Assembly: GCA_943372215.1 (NCBI GenBank)
Contig: CALRXU020000004.1
Span: 62,115 to 126,114 of the forward strand
DNA: 64,000 nucleotides
Origin: Chitinophaga pinensis
GTDB taxonomy: Bacteria; Bacteroidota; Bacteroidia; UKL13-3
Direction of reading: 5' to 3'
A program made the position numbers and the translations under genes. Every line of letters begins with the position of its first letter. Within the stretch, counting starts at the first letter, position 1. Below are positions 1 to 9,255 of the stretch, piece after piece. The notes under the pieces were generated by a model. That model saw only the letters and a program-made list of their open reading frames with translations, was not told the origin of the DNA and searched no databases.

Positions 1-1455
1 ATGGAGTATAGAACAGCAACAGGGGCATTGTCGTTAAATTTTACTCCCGATAGATTTACCCAGTTAAAATTAATCAGCAGTGTTTTTAATAGCGATGAAA
101 GCGAATACTTTACCATAGAAGGTGCTTATCGTTTAGAGGAAGTTGAAACGGATTTTGGAAATGATAATTTTGGCAAAGCAAGGGCTACAAAAGGTATAGG
201 ATATTTTTTAAACAATGCCCGTAACCGCATTAATGCTACGGTTTATAATGTGGGGCATCGGGGTTATAGAACAATAGGTAAAAACAACATGCAATGGGGT
301 GCACAGTTCCAACGTGAATTTATTGATGACAAAATTAATGAGTGGGATTACAGGGATTCGGCAGGGTTTGGCCAACCTTCCCAACAAAATGGTATGCCCG
401 TTGTGTTAAATTACCTCAATACCCAAAATACATTAAACACTTTTCGGGTGAGTGGTTACATTCAAAATACCCAAAAAATCAATCCCGATTACAACTGGGC
501 AGTTACTTACGGCATTCGGACTAACTGGTGGAGTTACAATAACGAAAATGTGGTTAGTCCAAGGGTACAAATGAGCATTGAGCCCAATAGAAAACATAAC
601 CGTGCTGTAAGAGCAGGCACATCAACAGATAAACTCAAGCGAGATATTAACCTAAAGGCGGCTTGGGGATATTATTATCAACCACCGTTTTACAGAGAGT
701 TGCGCGATTTTGATGGCAAATTAAACCAAAACATTAAAGCGCAAAAAGCCATTCATTATGTATTGGGTGGTGATATGAATATTAAATTATGGAACAGAAA
801 ATTTAAATTATTTGCTGAAACGTACTACAAACAATTGCAAAACATTATTCCTTATGAAATTGATAATGTTCGCATAAGATATTATGCAGACAATATTGCT
901 GAAGGTTATGCTACTGGTTTGGACATGCGAATAAATGGAGATTTTGTAAAAGGGGTGGAAAGCTGGATGAGTTTAAGCGTAATGAAAACACAAGAACGCA
1001 TACCAAGTGCCGTTGTTACTGATGGTGCCGGTAATCGCATTAAGCCGGGGTATATTCCTCGCCCAACTGACCAACGGGTAACTTTTAGTGCATTTTTCCA
1101 AGATTATCTTCGCAAAAATGATAAATACAAAGTAAATGTTACCCTCGTTTATGGTGCTGGATTGCCTTATGGTCCACCTGATAGAAACCGCTATGCAGAT
1201 ACCTTACGTATTCCACCGTATAGACGTGTTGATATCGGCTTTCTAAGGGTATTGGTTGATGAGAATAGTACCAAAAAAACAGGCTGGAAAAAACATATCA
1301 AGTCTGCCTGGATTGGTTTGGATGTATTCAATCTATTGGCTATCAACAATACCATTTCACACATTTGGATTGAAGACATTGAAGGGAGAACTTGGGCTGT
1401 GCCAAACTATTTAACCAATAGAAGGGTTAATTTAAGGCTACAAGTCTATTTTTAG
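1..1455 (+). CDS. TonB-dependent receptor-like outer-membrane beta-barrel protein (C-terminal part, probably truncated by the window edge)
   Basis: Amphipathic beta strands, TBDR-like segments (YYQPPFYRELR, PTDQR, NLLAINN) and terminal Phe; no signal peptide or plug visible, so it likely starts upstream. Confidence 0.8.
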   Translation: MEYRTATGALSLNFTPDRFTQLKLISSVFNSDESEYFTIEGAYRLEEVETDFGNDNFGKARATKGIGYFLNNARNRINATVYNVGHRGYRTIGKNNMQWGAQFQREFIDDKINEWDYRDSAGFGQPSQQNGMPVVLNYLNTQNTLNTFRVSGYIQNTQKINPDYNWAVTYGIRTNWWSYNNENVVSPRVQMSIEPNRKHNRAVRAGTSTDKLKRDINLKAAWGYYYQPPFYRELRDFDGKLNQNIKAQKAIHYVLGGDMNIKLWNRKFKLFAETYYKQLQNIIPYEIDNVRIRYYADNIAEGYATGLDMRINGDFVKGVESWMSLSVMKTQERIPSAVVTDGAGNRIKPGYIPRPTDQRVTFSAFFQDYLRKNDKYKVNVTLVYGAGLPYGPPDRNRYADTLRIPPYRRVDIGFLRVLVDENSTKKTGWKKHIKSAWIGLDVFNLLAINNTISHIWIEDIEGRTWAVPNYLTNRRVNLRLQVYF

Positions 1456-1466
1456 GCATAAAAAAA

Positions 1467-1563
1467 GGGCAAGCCTCCATATCGCACCGCTACAACCGCT
1501 TACCCTTGCTACATTCCTGTCCTGGGGGATTCAGCAGGAGCTGGTCGTATAAGACTTACCCGA
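1467..1563 (-). ncRNA. ffs: Small bacterial SRP RNA (4.5S)
   Basis: Minus strand reads GGGTAAGTCTT...CCAGGACAGGAATGTAGCAAGGG...AGGCTTGCCC: helix 8 with GGAA tetraloop and CAGG/AGCA internal loop, paired ends, followed by a U-tract. Confidence 0.92.
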
Positions 1564-1566
1564 GCG

Positions 1567-1597
1567 CAAAAGTACGTTTTTTTAACTAGTGTGCAAA
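1567..1597 (-). promoter_or_regulatory. Bacteroidota sigma-A promoter of ffs
   Basis: TTTG (1597-1594), 19 nt, TACTTTTG (1574-1567), matching the -33/-7 consensus just upstream of the RNA. Confidence 0.8.
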
Positions 1598-1735
1598 TCA
1601 TACTAACATCATTATCCGTAGGTTTTCATTATCAGCCTTATTAATTCTTTTAAAATAGTTTGAAATGAATAGTTTTGCCAATACACAAGCATTAAGCTCA
1701 ACAACTAATAGATTTTATAATTTAAACGCGATAAT

Positions 1736-3355
1736 ATGCAACACCTCATCAATGAATTAGATGCCCGTTTACAAAAAATTGCCGAAGGCGGAGGAAAAAA
1801 AGCCGCTGCCAAACAAAAGGAAAAAGGCAAAATGCTGGCCAGAGAGCGGGTAGATTATTTATTTGATAAAGATAAACCCCGAATAGAAATAGGTGCAATT
1901 GCCGGATATGAAATGTATGAAGAGCATGGCGGCTGTCCTGGTGCTGGAGTAGTTGTTGAAATTGGCTACGTGAGTGGTAAACAGTGTATTGTAGTAGCCA
2001 ATGATGCCACCGTAAAAGCAGGGGCATGGTTCCCAATTACTGGTAAAAAGAATTTACGTGCCCAGGAAATTTCTATAGAAAACAGACTCCCCATTATTTA
2101 TTTGGTGGATAGTGCTGGGGTGTACCTGCCCATGCAAGACGAGATATTTCCTGATAAGGAACATTTCGGCAGAATTTTTAGGAACAATGCGGTTATGAGC
2201 AGTATGGGCATCACACAAATAGCGGCTGTAATGGGTAGTTGTGTTGCGGGAGGTGCTTATTTGCCCATTATGAGCGATGAAGCCATGATTGTAGATAAAA
2301 CTGGCTCTATCTTTTTAGCAGGAAGTTACTTGGTAAAAGCAGCTATTGGAGAAGATATTGACAATGAAACTTTGGGAGGAGCAAGTACCCATTGCGAAAT
2401 TAGCGGAGTAACCGATTATAAATTTGACAATGATGCAGCTTGTTTGGATAGAATAAAACGCATTATTGATAAGATTGGCGATTTTGATAAAGCAGGATTT
2501 AACCGCATAGCTCCGGTTGCCCCAGCTAAAAGTATGGATAACGTGTATGAAGCTGTAGCCAATTTTACCAAGCCTTTTGATGTAATGGAAATTATAGAGC
2601 GTTTGGTAGATGCGGATACCTTCGATCCCTACAAAGAATTGTATGGTAAAACCATTACTTGCGGTTATGCCCGTATTGATGGATGGGCAGTGGGTATTGT
2701 AGCCAATAACCGCCAAGTGGTAAAAGCCAAAAAGCCTAAACAAAGTGCAGCAGATAATCCGGTTGAAATGCAGATTGGCGGGGTGATTTATAGCGATAGT
2801 GCCGATAAAGCGGCACATTTTATTATGAATTGTAACCAAAAGAAAATCCCGTTATTGTTTTTGCAGGATGTAACTGGTTTTATGGTGGGTAGCCGTAGCG
2901 AACATGGCGGTATTATTAAAGATGGCGCAAAACTGGTAAATGCACAAGCCAACTCAGTTGTGCCAAAGTTTACCATTATTACAGGCAATAGTTACGGTGC
3001 TGGCAATTATGCCATGTGCGGAAAAGCCTACGACCCTCGGTTGATAGCCGCCTGGCCAAATGCAAACATTGCTGTAATGGGTGGTGCGCAAGCAGCCAAA
3101 GTATTGTTGCAAATAGAAGAAGCTTCTTTAAAAGCAAAAGGAATGGTGATTACCGATGAAAACAAGGAAGAATTGTTGAAGACAATTACTGACAGGTACA
3201 CCAAACAAACCTCTCCTTATTATGCTGCAGCACGTTTGTGGGTTGATGCCATTATAAATCCTATTGATACCCGCAAATGGGTGAGCATGGGTATTGAAGC
3301 AGCTAATCACGCACCAATAACCAAAGAGTTTAAGCCTGGGGTAATTAGGGCGTAG
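1736..3355 (+). CDS. Acyl-CoA carboxylase carboxyltransferase beta subunit (methylcrotonyl-CoA carboxylase-like)
   Basis: ANDATVKAGAW, LVDSAGVYLP, GSCVAGGAY and GNSYGAGNYAMCG motifs. Confidence 0.92.
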   Translation: MQHLINELDARLQKIAEGGGKKAAAKQKEKGKMLARERVDYLFDKDKPRIEIGAIAGYEMYEEHGGCPGAGVVVEIGYVSGKQCIVVANDATVKAGAWFPITGKKNLRAQEISIENRLPIIYLVDSAGVYLPMQDEIFPDKEHFGRIFRNNAVMSSMGITQIAAVMGSCVAGGAYLPIMSDEAMIVDKTGSIFLAGSYLVKAAIGEDIDNETLGGASTHCEISGVTDYKFDNDAACLDRIKRIIDKIGDFDKAGFNRIAPVAPAKSMDNVYEAVANFTKPFDVMEIIERLVDADTFDPYKELYGKTITCGYARIDGWAVGIVANNRQVVKAKKPKQSAADNPVEMQIGGVIYSDSADKAAHFIMNCNQKKIPLLFLQDVTGFMVGSRSEHGGIIKDGAKLVNAQANSVVPKFTIITGNSYGAGNYAMCGKAYDPRLIAAWPNANIAVMGGAQAAKVLLQIEEASLKAKGMVITDENKEELLKTITDRYTKQTSPYYAAARLWVDAIINPIDTRKWVSMGIEAANHAPITKEFKPGVIRA

Positions 3356-3372
3356 GTAAGTTATTCTTAAAA

Positions 3373-3843
3373 TTACACAATGGCCAAAATGGTTTGAGGT
3401 TTTCCGGCAATGGTAATTTGGTCTCCAACCTTTTTGTGCCAAGTGTTTTTTGCAATGGGCGATTCTGGAGAAACAACACCGATGTTTAAATCGGCTACCT
3501 TAATCACTCCAATGCCTGTTGCAACAAAAAAATACAATTGGCTGGTTTGAACCAAGGCCCCTTTGCTTACATACAAACAAGGTGTTTCTGGATTAATTTT
3601 TAACAAATCATTTAATTCCTCCCGCGCTATTACCAATTGTTTAGCATTCATGTCCCTGTCCAATTGACCCATTGCACGTGAGGTTTCATACTTATCTCCC
3701 GCACTGCTTTTGTCTTCGCTGTTTGCACTTTCTTGTGCGCTATTCATGGCAGCTGTTGCATGCTCAATGCGTTGCTCCAACAGCGTTTTGCATGCAGTAA
3801 TAATTTGTTGTTTCAGCAGTATTAAATCCATATTCTGTTCCAT
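3373..3843 (-). CDS. GreA/GreB-like factor (Bacteroidota type)
   Basis: Coiled coil with KSSAGDKYETSRAM at the tip and C-terminal VSPESPIA...VGD motif. Confidence 0.75.
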   Translation of the reverse strand: MEQNMDLILLKQQIITACKTLLEQRIEHATAAMNSAQESANSEDKSSAGDKYETSRAMGQLDRDMNAKQLVIAREELNDLLKINPETPCLYVSKGALVQTSQLYFFVATGIGVIKVADLNIGVVSPESPIAKNTWHKKVGDQITIAGKPQTILAIV

Positions 3844-3902
3844 GCAATAGTAAATATTCTCCGTTACAAATCTTTTTTTATCTTCACAGCCTAATTAATA
3901 AA

Positions 3903-4796
3903 ATGAAACCTCAGGCAAAATGGTATTATTATGTATTAGCAGCTCCAATTTATGCGCTAATGCTGCTCCCATTTCCAATTCTTTATTTATTCAGTGATTT
4001 ATTAAGTTTTCTTGCTTATCACATCATAAAATACCGCAGGCAGGTTGTTCGCAAAAACTTACAACTATCTTTTCCTGAAAAGGGGATACAAGAGCTAAGT
4101 GTCATTGAAAAGGCATATTACCGCAATATGATAGATGTGTTCTTGGAGACGTTTAAATCCCTTGTAATGACCAAAGCGAGTATGGTAAAGCGCACCAAAG
4201 TAAAACATGCAGACATCATTGAAAACTTAAACCAACAAGGCAAATCAGTGGTGTTAATGTTGGGTCATGTCGGCAATTGGGAGTGGGGTGGCTTTTCATA
4301 TACCTGTCAGACAAATCAAAAAATTGCAACACTATATCATCCTTTATCAAATCCCTTTTTTAATTGGCTCACCCATCGTTTACGGGTGCGCTTTGGCATG
4401 AGTTTAATTCCCATGCAACAATCGGCCCGTGATTTTTTGGTTAATAAGGATACCGTTAGGACTATTGCATTTATTGCTGATCAGTCGCCACCTCCCGAAT
4501 ATGCTTATTGGATGGATTTTTTAAACCAGGAAACCGGCTTTTTTACAGGAGCAGCCAAGTTGGCTTTAAAGTACAATATGCCAGTGGTATATGCAGATGT
4601 GGTAAGAACTAAAAGGGGGCATTATGAGGTGATATTTTCCTTAATAACCGATAAACCAGTGGAGAAAACCATCAACGATATCACACACCAGTTTGCAAAG
4701 TTGCTGGAGAAAAGCATACAAATAAATCCCCCAATTTGGCTGTGGAGTCATAGGCGTTGGAAACACAAAAGAATTGATGCCAATTCTCTGAAATAA
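3903..4796 (+). CDS. Lipid A biosynthesis (LpxL/HtrB-family) acyltransferase
   Basis: N-terminal TM, GHVGNWE, FIADQSP and WLWSHRRWK motifs. Confidence 0.9.
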   Translation: MKPQAKWYYYVLAAPIYALMLLPFPILYLFSDLLSFLAYHIIKYRRQVVRKNLQLSFPEKGIQELSVIEKAYYRNMIDVFLETFKSLVMTKASMVKRTKVKHADIIENLNQQGKSVVLMLGHVGNWEWGGFSYTCQTNQKIATLYHPLSNPFFNWLTHRLRVRFGMSLIPMQQSARDFLVNKDTVRTIAFIADQSPPPEYAYWMDFLNQETGFFTGAAKLALKYNMPVVYADVVRTKRGHYEVIFSLITDKPVEKTINDITHQFAKLLEKSIQINPPIWLWSHRRWKHKRIDANSLK

Positions 4797-4809
4797 GTAT
4801 TTTGTAATG

Positions 4810-4909
4810 TAAATATTTGTATATACAAATATTTATTCCCTGATTATCAGCGTATTGATTTTAATTTCAATTTTGTGTATTGACAATAGATGTATATACA
4901 TTAATTTTG
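4810..4909 (+). promoter_or_regulatory. Promoter with two TGTATATACA palindromic operators (probable MarR sites)
   Basis: 26-bp perfect palindrome 4810-4835, ATGTATATACAT 4890-4901 and -7 box TAATTTTG 4902-4909. Confidence 0.65.
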
Positions 4910-4924
4910 TTTTGTAATTAAACA

Positions 4925-5404
4925 ATGAGAATTGAAGAGGCCATAAAGCAAAAAAAGTTTAGATCAGAAGATGAGCGATTAATCATTAACCTTGTGTTTA
5001 CGTCAAACTGGTTGGCCAAAGAACAAATGCCCTTGTTTAAACGTTATGGCATATCAGCACAACAATACAACGTGTTGCGTATTTTAAGAGGCCAGTGTCC
5101 AAATGCAGCTAGTGTAGGGTTAATTCAAGAACGTATGTTGGATAGAATGAGCAATGCATCTAGGTTAATTGAGAAACTGAAGCAAAAGGAATTGGTAAAA
5201 CGTAGCGAGTGCAGCAAAGACAGGCGGCAGGTTGATGTTAAACTTACGGAAAAGGGGATGGAGCTATTGACTGAAATTGATGGATGTGAAAAAGAAATGA
5301 ACAAAGTAACCCAAGGCTTGGCGATTGAAGAAAAAATACAATTGAATGAATTACTAGATAAATTAAGAAACATATACATTTTAACAAACACACAAAACAA
5401 TTAA
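4925..5404 (+). CDS. MarR family transcriptional regulator
   Basis: QQYNVLRILRG, SNASRLIEKL and DRRQVDVKLT winged-helix motifs. Confidence 0.93.
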   Translation: MRIEEAIKQKKFRSEDERLIINLVFTSNWLAKEQMPLFKRYGISAQQYNVLRILRGQCPNAASVGLIQERMLDRMSNASRLIEKLKQKELVKRSECSKDRRQVDVKLTEKGMELLTEIDGCEKEMNKVTQGLAIEEKIQLNELLDKLRNIYILTNTQNN

Positions 5405-5406
5405 AC

Positions 5407-6021
5407 ATGAAAAATCTATTGACACTTTCTGCTATTGCAGGATTAGCATTATCGGTTGTAGCTATCAGCCAACCTAAAAAACAAACCGCAACTACGTTAA
5501 AAGTAAATGCACAAGAATCAACCATTAAATGGACTGCCAAAAAAGTAACTGGCGAACATTGGGGCAATGTAAAATTTAGCGAAGGAACTGTTACTGTTGA
5601 TGGCAAAAACTTAACTGGCGGTACTTTTACAATGGACATGACTACCATTGACGTACAAGACTTACAAGGTGAGTACAACGGTAAATTATTAGGCCATTTA
5701 AAATCGGATGATTTTTTTGCAGTGGAAAAACACAAAACAGCAACATTGAAAATTAAATCATTGACGGCTATTGCAGGCGCAAAAGCTGGTGACAAAACAC
5801 ACAATGTTACTGCTGACTTAACCATCAAAGGCATCACTCATCCTGTAACTTTCCCTGCACAAATTATTGTAGCAAAAGGAACCGTTACTGCAAATGCTGA
5901 GTTTGAAGTAGACCGTACTTTGTATGACATTAAATACGGTTCAGGCAAATTCTTTGAAGGTTTAGGTGATAAAGCCATTGATGATAAATTTACCATTAAA
6001 GTTCGTGTTGTAGCTAAATAA
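5407..6021 (+). CDS. YceI family lipid/polyisoprenoid-binding protein
   Basis: Signal peptide, HLKSDDFF and LTIKGIT motifs. Confidence 0.92.
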   Translation: MKNLLTLSAIAGLALSVVAISQPKKQTATTLKVNAQESTIKWTAKKVTGEHWGNVKFSEGTVTVDGKNLTGGTFTMDMTTIDVQDLQGEYNGKLLGHLKSDDFFAVEKHKTATLKIKSLTAIAGAKAGDKTHNVTADLTIKGITHPVTFPAQIIVAKGTVTANAEFEVDRTLYDIKYGSGKFFEGLGDKAIDDKFTIKVRVVAK

Positions 6022-6040
6022 GTTATAAAACAAACCCACT

Positions 6041-6080
6041 AAAATAGCATAGCAACTTATCGGGTTAGCTATGCTATTTT
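6041..6080. terminator. Intrinsic terminator-like hairpin after yceI
   Basis: AAAATAGCATAGC...GCTATGCTATTTT inverted repeat. Confidence 0.65.
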
Positions 6081-6098
6081 TGTTTAACAGGTTTAATC

Positions 6099-6974
6099 AT
6101 GAAAAGAAAAACCTTTGTAAAAGCGTTACCCTTTATGATTTCAGGAACACAGGCATTTTTAAATGAGCTGGCAGCAATGCCTGCAACCGAGCTTACCCCT
6201 GCTTTTTTTATAGGCCATGGTTCACCCATGAATGCAATAACTGATAATCCATTTACCAAGGACATCAATACGGCTGCTCAACTATTAACTAAGCCGCAAG
6301 CCATTATGGTGGTTTCAGCACATTGGTTAACCAACGGTACTTTTGTATCTACCAATAAATTTCCTAAAACCATTTATGATTTTGGAGGTTTTCCTGAGGC
6401 TTTAAGCAAAGTGAAATATGAGCCATCTGGTTCAATTGAATATGCTTTGAAAGTAAAAGAATTACTCACGCTATCACATGTTAAAAATGATGATTACATG
6501 GGTCTTGATCATGGGGCTTGGTCTATTTTAAAACACATGTATCCTAAGGCTGATGTTCCTGTTTTTCAATTGAGTATTGATGCCAACAAACCAGCGGCCT
6601 ATCATTATGATTTGATTAAACAGCTGGCTTCTTTACGCAGAAAAGGCCTCATGATTATTGGTAGCGGCAATATTGTGCATAATTTGGGTCGCCTCAATTG
6701 GGCTACTCCAAATGCTTCTCCCTACGACTGGGCATTGGAGTTTGATGCTTATGTAAAACAATATTTGGATACAGGCAATCACGCAGCCTTAGTCAATTAT
6801 TTGCAAGCTGGAACTGCTGCAAAAATGGCTGTTCCTACCAATGAGCACTATTTGCCCTTATTGTATGTGTTGAGTGTACAGGAAAAAAATGAGGCGGTAC
6901 AATACATTCACCATAGTTTTGATATGGGTAGCATCAGCATGAGGAGTTTTATGCTAAAGCAGGTAAACCATTAA
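6099..6974 (+). CDS. ygiD: 4,5-DOPA extradiol dioxygenase (YgiD/LigB family)
   Basis: FIGHGSPMNA, VSAHW, GLDHGAW, GSGNIVHNL and PTNEHYLPL motifs. Confidence 0.9.
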   Translation: MKRKTFVKALPFMISGTQAFLNELAAMPATELTPAFFIGHGSPMNAITDNPFTKDINTAAQLLTKPQAIMVVSAHWLTNGTFVSTNKFPKTIYDFGGFPEALSKVKYEPSGSIEYALKVKELLTLSHVKNDDYMGLDHGAWSILKHMYPKADVPVFQLSIDANKPAAYHYDLIKQLASLRRKGLMIIGSGNIVHNLGRLNWATPNASPYDWALEFDAYVKQYLDTGNHAALVNYLQAGTAAKMAVPTNEHYLPLLYVLSVQEKNEAVQYIHHSFDMGSISMRSFMLKQVNH

Positions 6975-7663
6975 ACACTGGCGTGAGAGATTTTCTCCAA
7001 CTTGGTTTTTTCCAATAGTTTAATTTTTTTTCCTTCCAATTCAATCAGCTTGTCTGATTTGAATTCACTCAGTAGCCTAATAACTGTTTCCGTGGCGGTA
7101 CCTACGATATTGGCAATATCTTCCCTAGGCAAGGTGATGGCAATTACATCTTCTCCCAAGTTGTTAGATTTAAAGGTGGCATGCAAAAAAAGCAGGGTTT
7201 CCGCCAACCGTTCACGCACGCTTTTTTGTGCCAAACTTTGCACCCTTTCTTCAACTACGCCCAATTCATGGCTAAGTGCCTTCATTAAATCTTTGCTAAT
7301 GGCCGTATTCTCATCAATAATATTCAAAAAAATATGCTTAGGAATAAAGCATGCCACTGAATCCTCGATACATACAGCCGAAGATACCAATGGTTCATCA
7401 GCAATAAGTGCACGGTAACCCAGTACATCACCAGATTGGGCAAATCGTAAGATTTGCTCTTTGCCATCCAAATTGGTTCGTACCAGCTTAATTACCCCAC
7501 TTAAAATGCAATATACCCCCAAAGGAATAGCACTTTCATTAAATATGAAGTCACCTTTTTTATAGGTGGCACAAGTTTTTGATTGTTCTACTACTTCCGC
7601 CTGACTAGGCGTGCAGTGTCTAAGGAAAGAAATTTTGTTCGATTCGCAAAGTTGATATTCCAT
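6971..7663 (-). CDS. Crp/Fnr family transcriptional regulator
   Basis: cNMP-binding fold plus HTH LPREDIANIVGTATETVIRLLS; Cys residues in the N-terminal region. Confidence 0.93.
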   Translation of the reverse strand: MEYQLCESNKISFLRHCTPSQAEVVEQSKTCATYKKGDFIFNESAIPLGVYCILSGVIKLVRTNLDGKEQILRFAQSGDVLGYRALIADEPLVSSAVCIEDSVACFIPKHIFLNIIDENTAISKDLMKALSHELGVVEERVQSLAQKSVRERLAETLLFLHATFKSNNLGEDVIAITLPREDIANIVGTATETVIRLLSEFKSDKLIELEGKKIKLLEKTKLEKISHASV

Positions 7664-7724
7664 ACTTGCCCATCAATTTTTTAGTGTAATGCTCAAAAGT
7701 ACATTTTTTTTTAACCTAAACAGC

Positions 7725-9185
7725 CTAATTATTCAAGGATGTCCATTTGTTAAATGCAAGTTGTTCTGCTTCACTTAATTCATTTGCTTTTGTCAGTTGC
7801 AAGTTTCCGTGTTTTGTTGCAGAAAGTGTGCAGCCAACACTTGCAAGTGCTGCCTGTAAGCCCTTTAGCAAGTTTCCTTTTCCCCAAATGTACTGGCTAA
7901 AATAATCATCAAAAGATACGCCACTATACTGTTCCAGCAACTCTTTATAAACAGATTCTGTATATCCTTTCCCATGTTTGTGGTATTTTTGGTATAAATC
8001 AAACATCACTTGATGCAAGCTATATTTGCCTTTACTTGCTGTAATAATGGTAATATCAGCAATAACAGCAGCCATCAACCCTTCAATATAAATGGAAACT
8101 TTGCGTCCCGTAACACCGGGCACATAACCATCCAACCAAGTATCCCAACTCGATTCAGCTACTGAATAATTCAAACGTCCGCTATTATCCAAGTGTCTTT
8201 TAATATCACTGGTAAAGCTGGCGGCATATTGCTCCCAGGTCCAAACACCACTTTGTAACAACATCAAATCACCGTAATAAGTAGTTACCCCTTCGTACAC
8301 ATAGCCCAAGGTGCTGTAATTTTCCTTGGTAAAGTCATAAGGTAACATCTCTTCTGGTCTAATGCGCTTAATGTTCCATAGGTGAAACAGTTCATGCGAA
8401 CTAATGGCCAATAAATCGTGGTAAAATTCTTCTTGTGTTTGGTCAGCCAGTTGGCCAAGCGAAATCACCGTGCTATTAAGATGTTCAACCCCATGCCTTG
8501 CGGGTGTTTGATGCATGAGGTATAAAAAGTGGTAGTGCTTACTTGGCAAATCGCCAAATACCTCAATTTGTTTTAAGGTGTAAGTAATGGTATCCGCTAT
8601 TAAACGATGGGTGTCAAAACAGTGTTTGCCTTGAAACCAAATGTGCATGTTGGTGTCTGCCACCACAAATTCATGGTGCTCAAGGGTATTGCTTGCAAAT
8701 AAAGGGGAGTCAGCCAGGTAATCAAAGTTTGGTGCATAAAGTTGGTGTACTGCCGTTTGCTCCATTTGTGAGGCAATTTGGTAGTCAACAGGTAAATCAA
8801 AAGTCAGGGTATAAGCCTCATCAATGCGCCCTTCCACGTACATAAAACAATGCACGGGGTTAATGTATAAATAATCTTCATTCACCTCGCATGCACCTGC
8901 ATCGGGCTGGTGGGCAAAGTATTGGTATGACACATAAATGGTTTGCAAGCCTTTGGTACTCACATGCCAGCGGTCTTTGGTTAGCTTCTTAAATGGCACA
9001 GCGTTTCCTTGCTCATCTGTGATTTGAAATAGCCGAACATTTTTAGCAAAATGTTGCAACTCATACCTTCCGGGCCTCCATGCTGGCAATTGCAATTCAA
9101 TGCTATCCTGATGGATGTGTGGGATGGTATATTGAAGTTGAATAAAATGTTGTACAGGGTCTGCTATAGAAATGTGGTAATGCAT
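7725..9185 (-). CDS. M61 family metallopeptidase (glycyl aminopeptidase-like)
   Basis: LPAWRPGRY, HGVEHLNS, HELFHLWN and YEGVTTYY motifs. Confidence 0.9.
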   Translation of the reverse strand: MHYHISIADPVQHFIQLQYTIPHIHQDSIELQLPAWRPGRYELQHFAKNVRLFQITDEQGNAVPFKKLTKDRWHVSTKGLQTIYVSYQYFAHQPDAGACEVNEDYLYINPVHCFMYVEGRIDEAYTLTFDLPVDYQIASQMEQTAVHQLYAPNFDYLADSPLFASNTLEHHEFVVADTNMHIWFQGKHCFDTHRLIADTITYTLKQIEVFGDLPSKHYHFLYLMHQTPARHGVEHLNSTVISLGQLADQTQEEFYHDLLAISSHELFHLWNIKRIRPEEMLPYDFTKENYSTLGYVYEGVTTYYGDLMLLQSGVWTWEQYAASFTSDIKRHLDNSGRLNYSVAESSWDTWLDGYVPGVTGRKVSIYIEGLMAAVIADITIITASKGKYSLHQVMFDLYQKYHKHGKGYTESVYKELLEQYSGVSFDDYFSQYIWGKGNLLKGLQAALASVGCTLSATKHGNLQLTKANELSEAEQLAFNKWTSLNN

Positions 9186-9255
9186 AAGTTGTGTTTAATT
9201 GCCTTTGTTGTTAAATCAATGACTGGTTCTTGATAAATGATAAAAATTTAACGCA

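Noticed and set aside
7620-7673. Out-of-frame 17-codon ORF overlapping the Crp/Fnr start, suggesting a frameshift or uORF
   Set aside because: The main frame has its own ATG and is complete; there is no independent support
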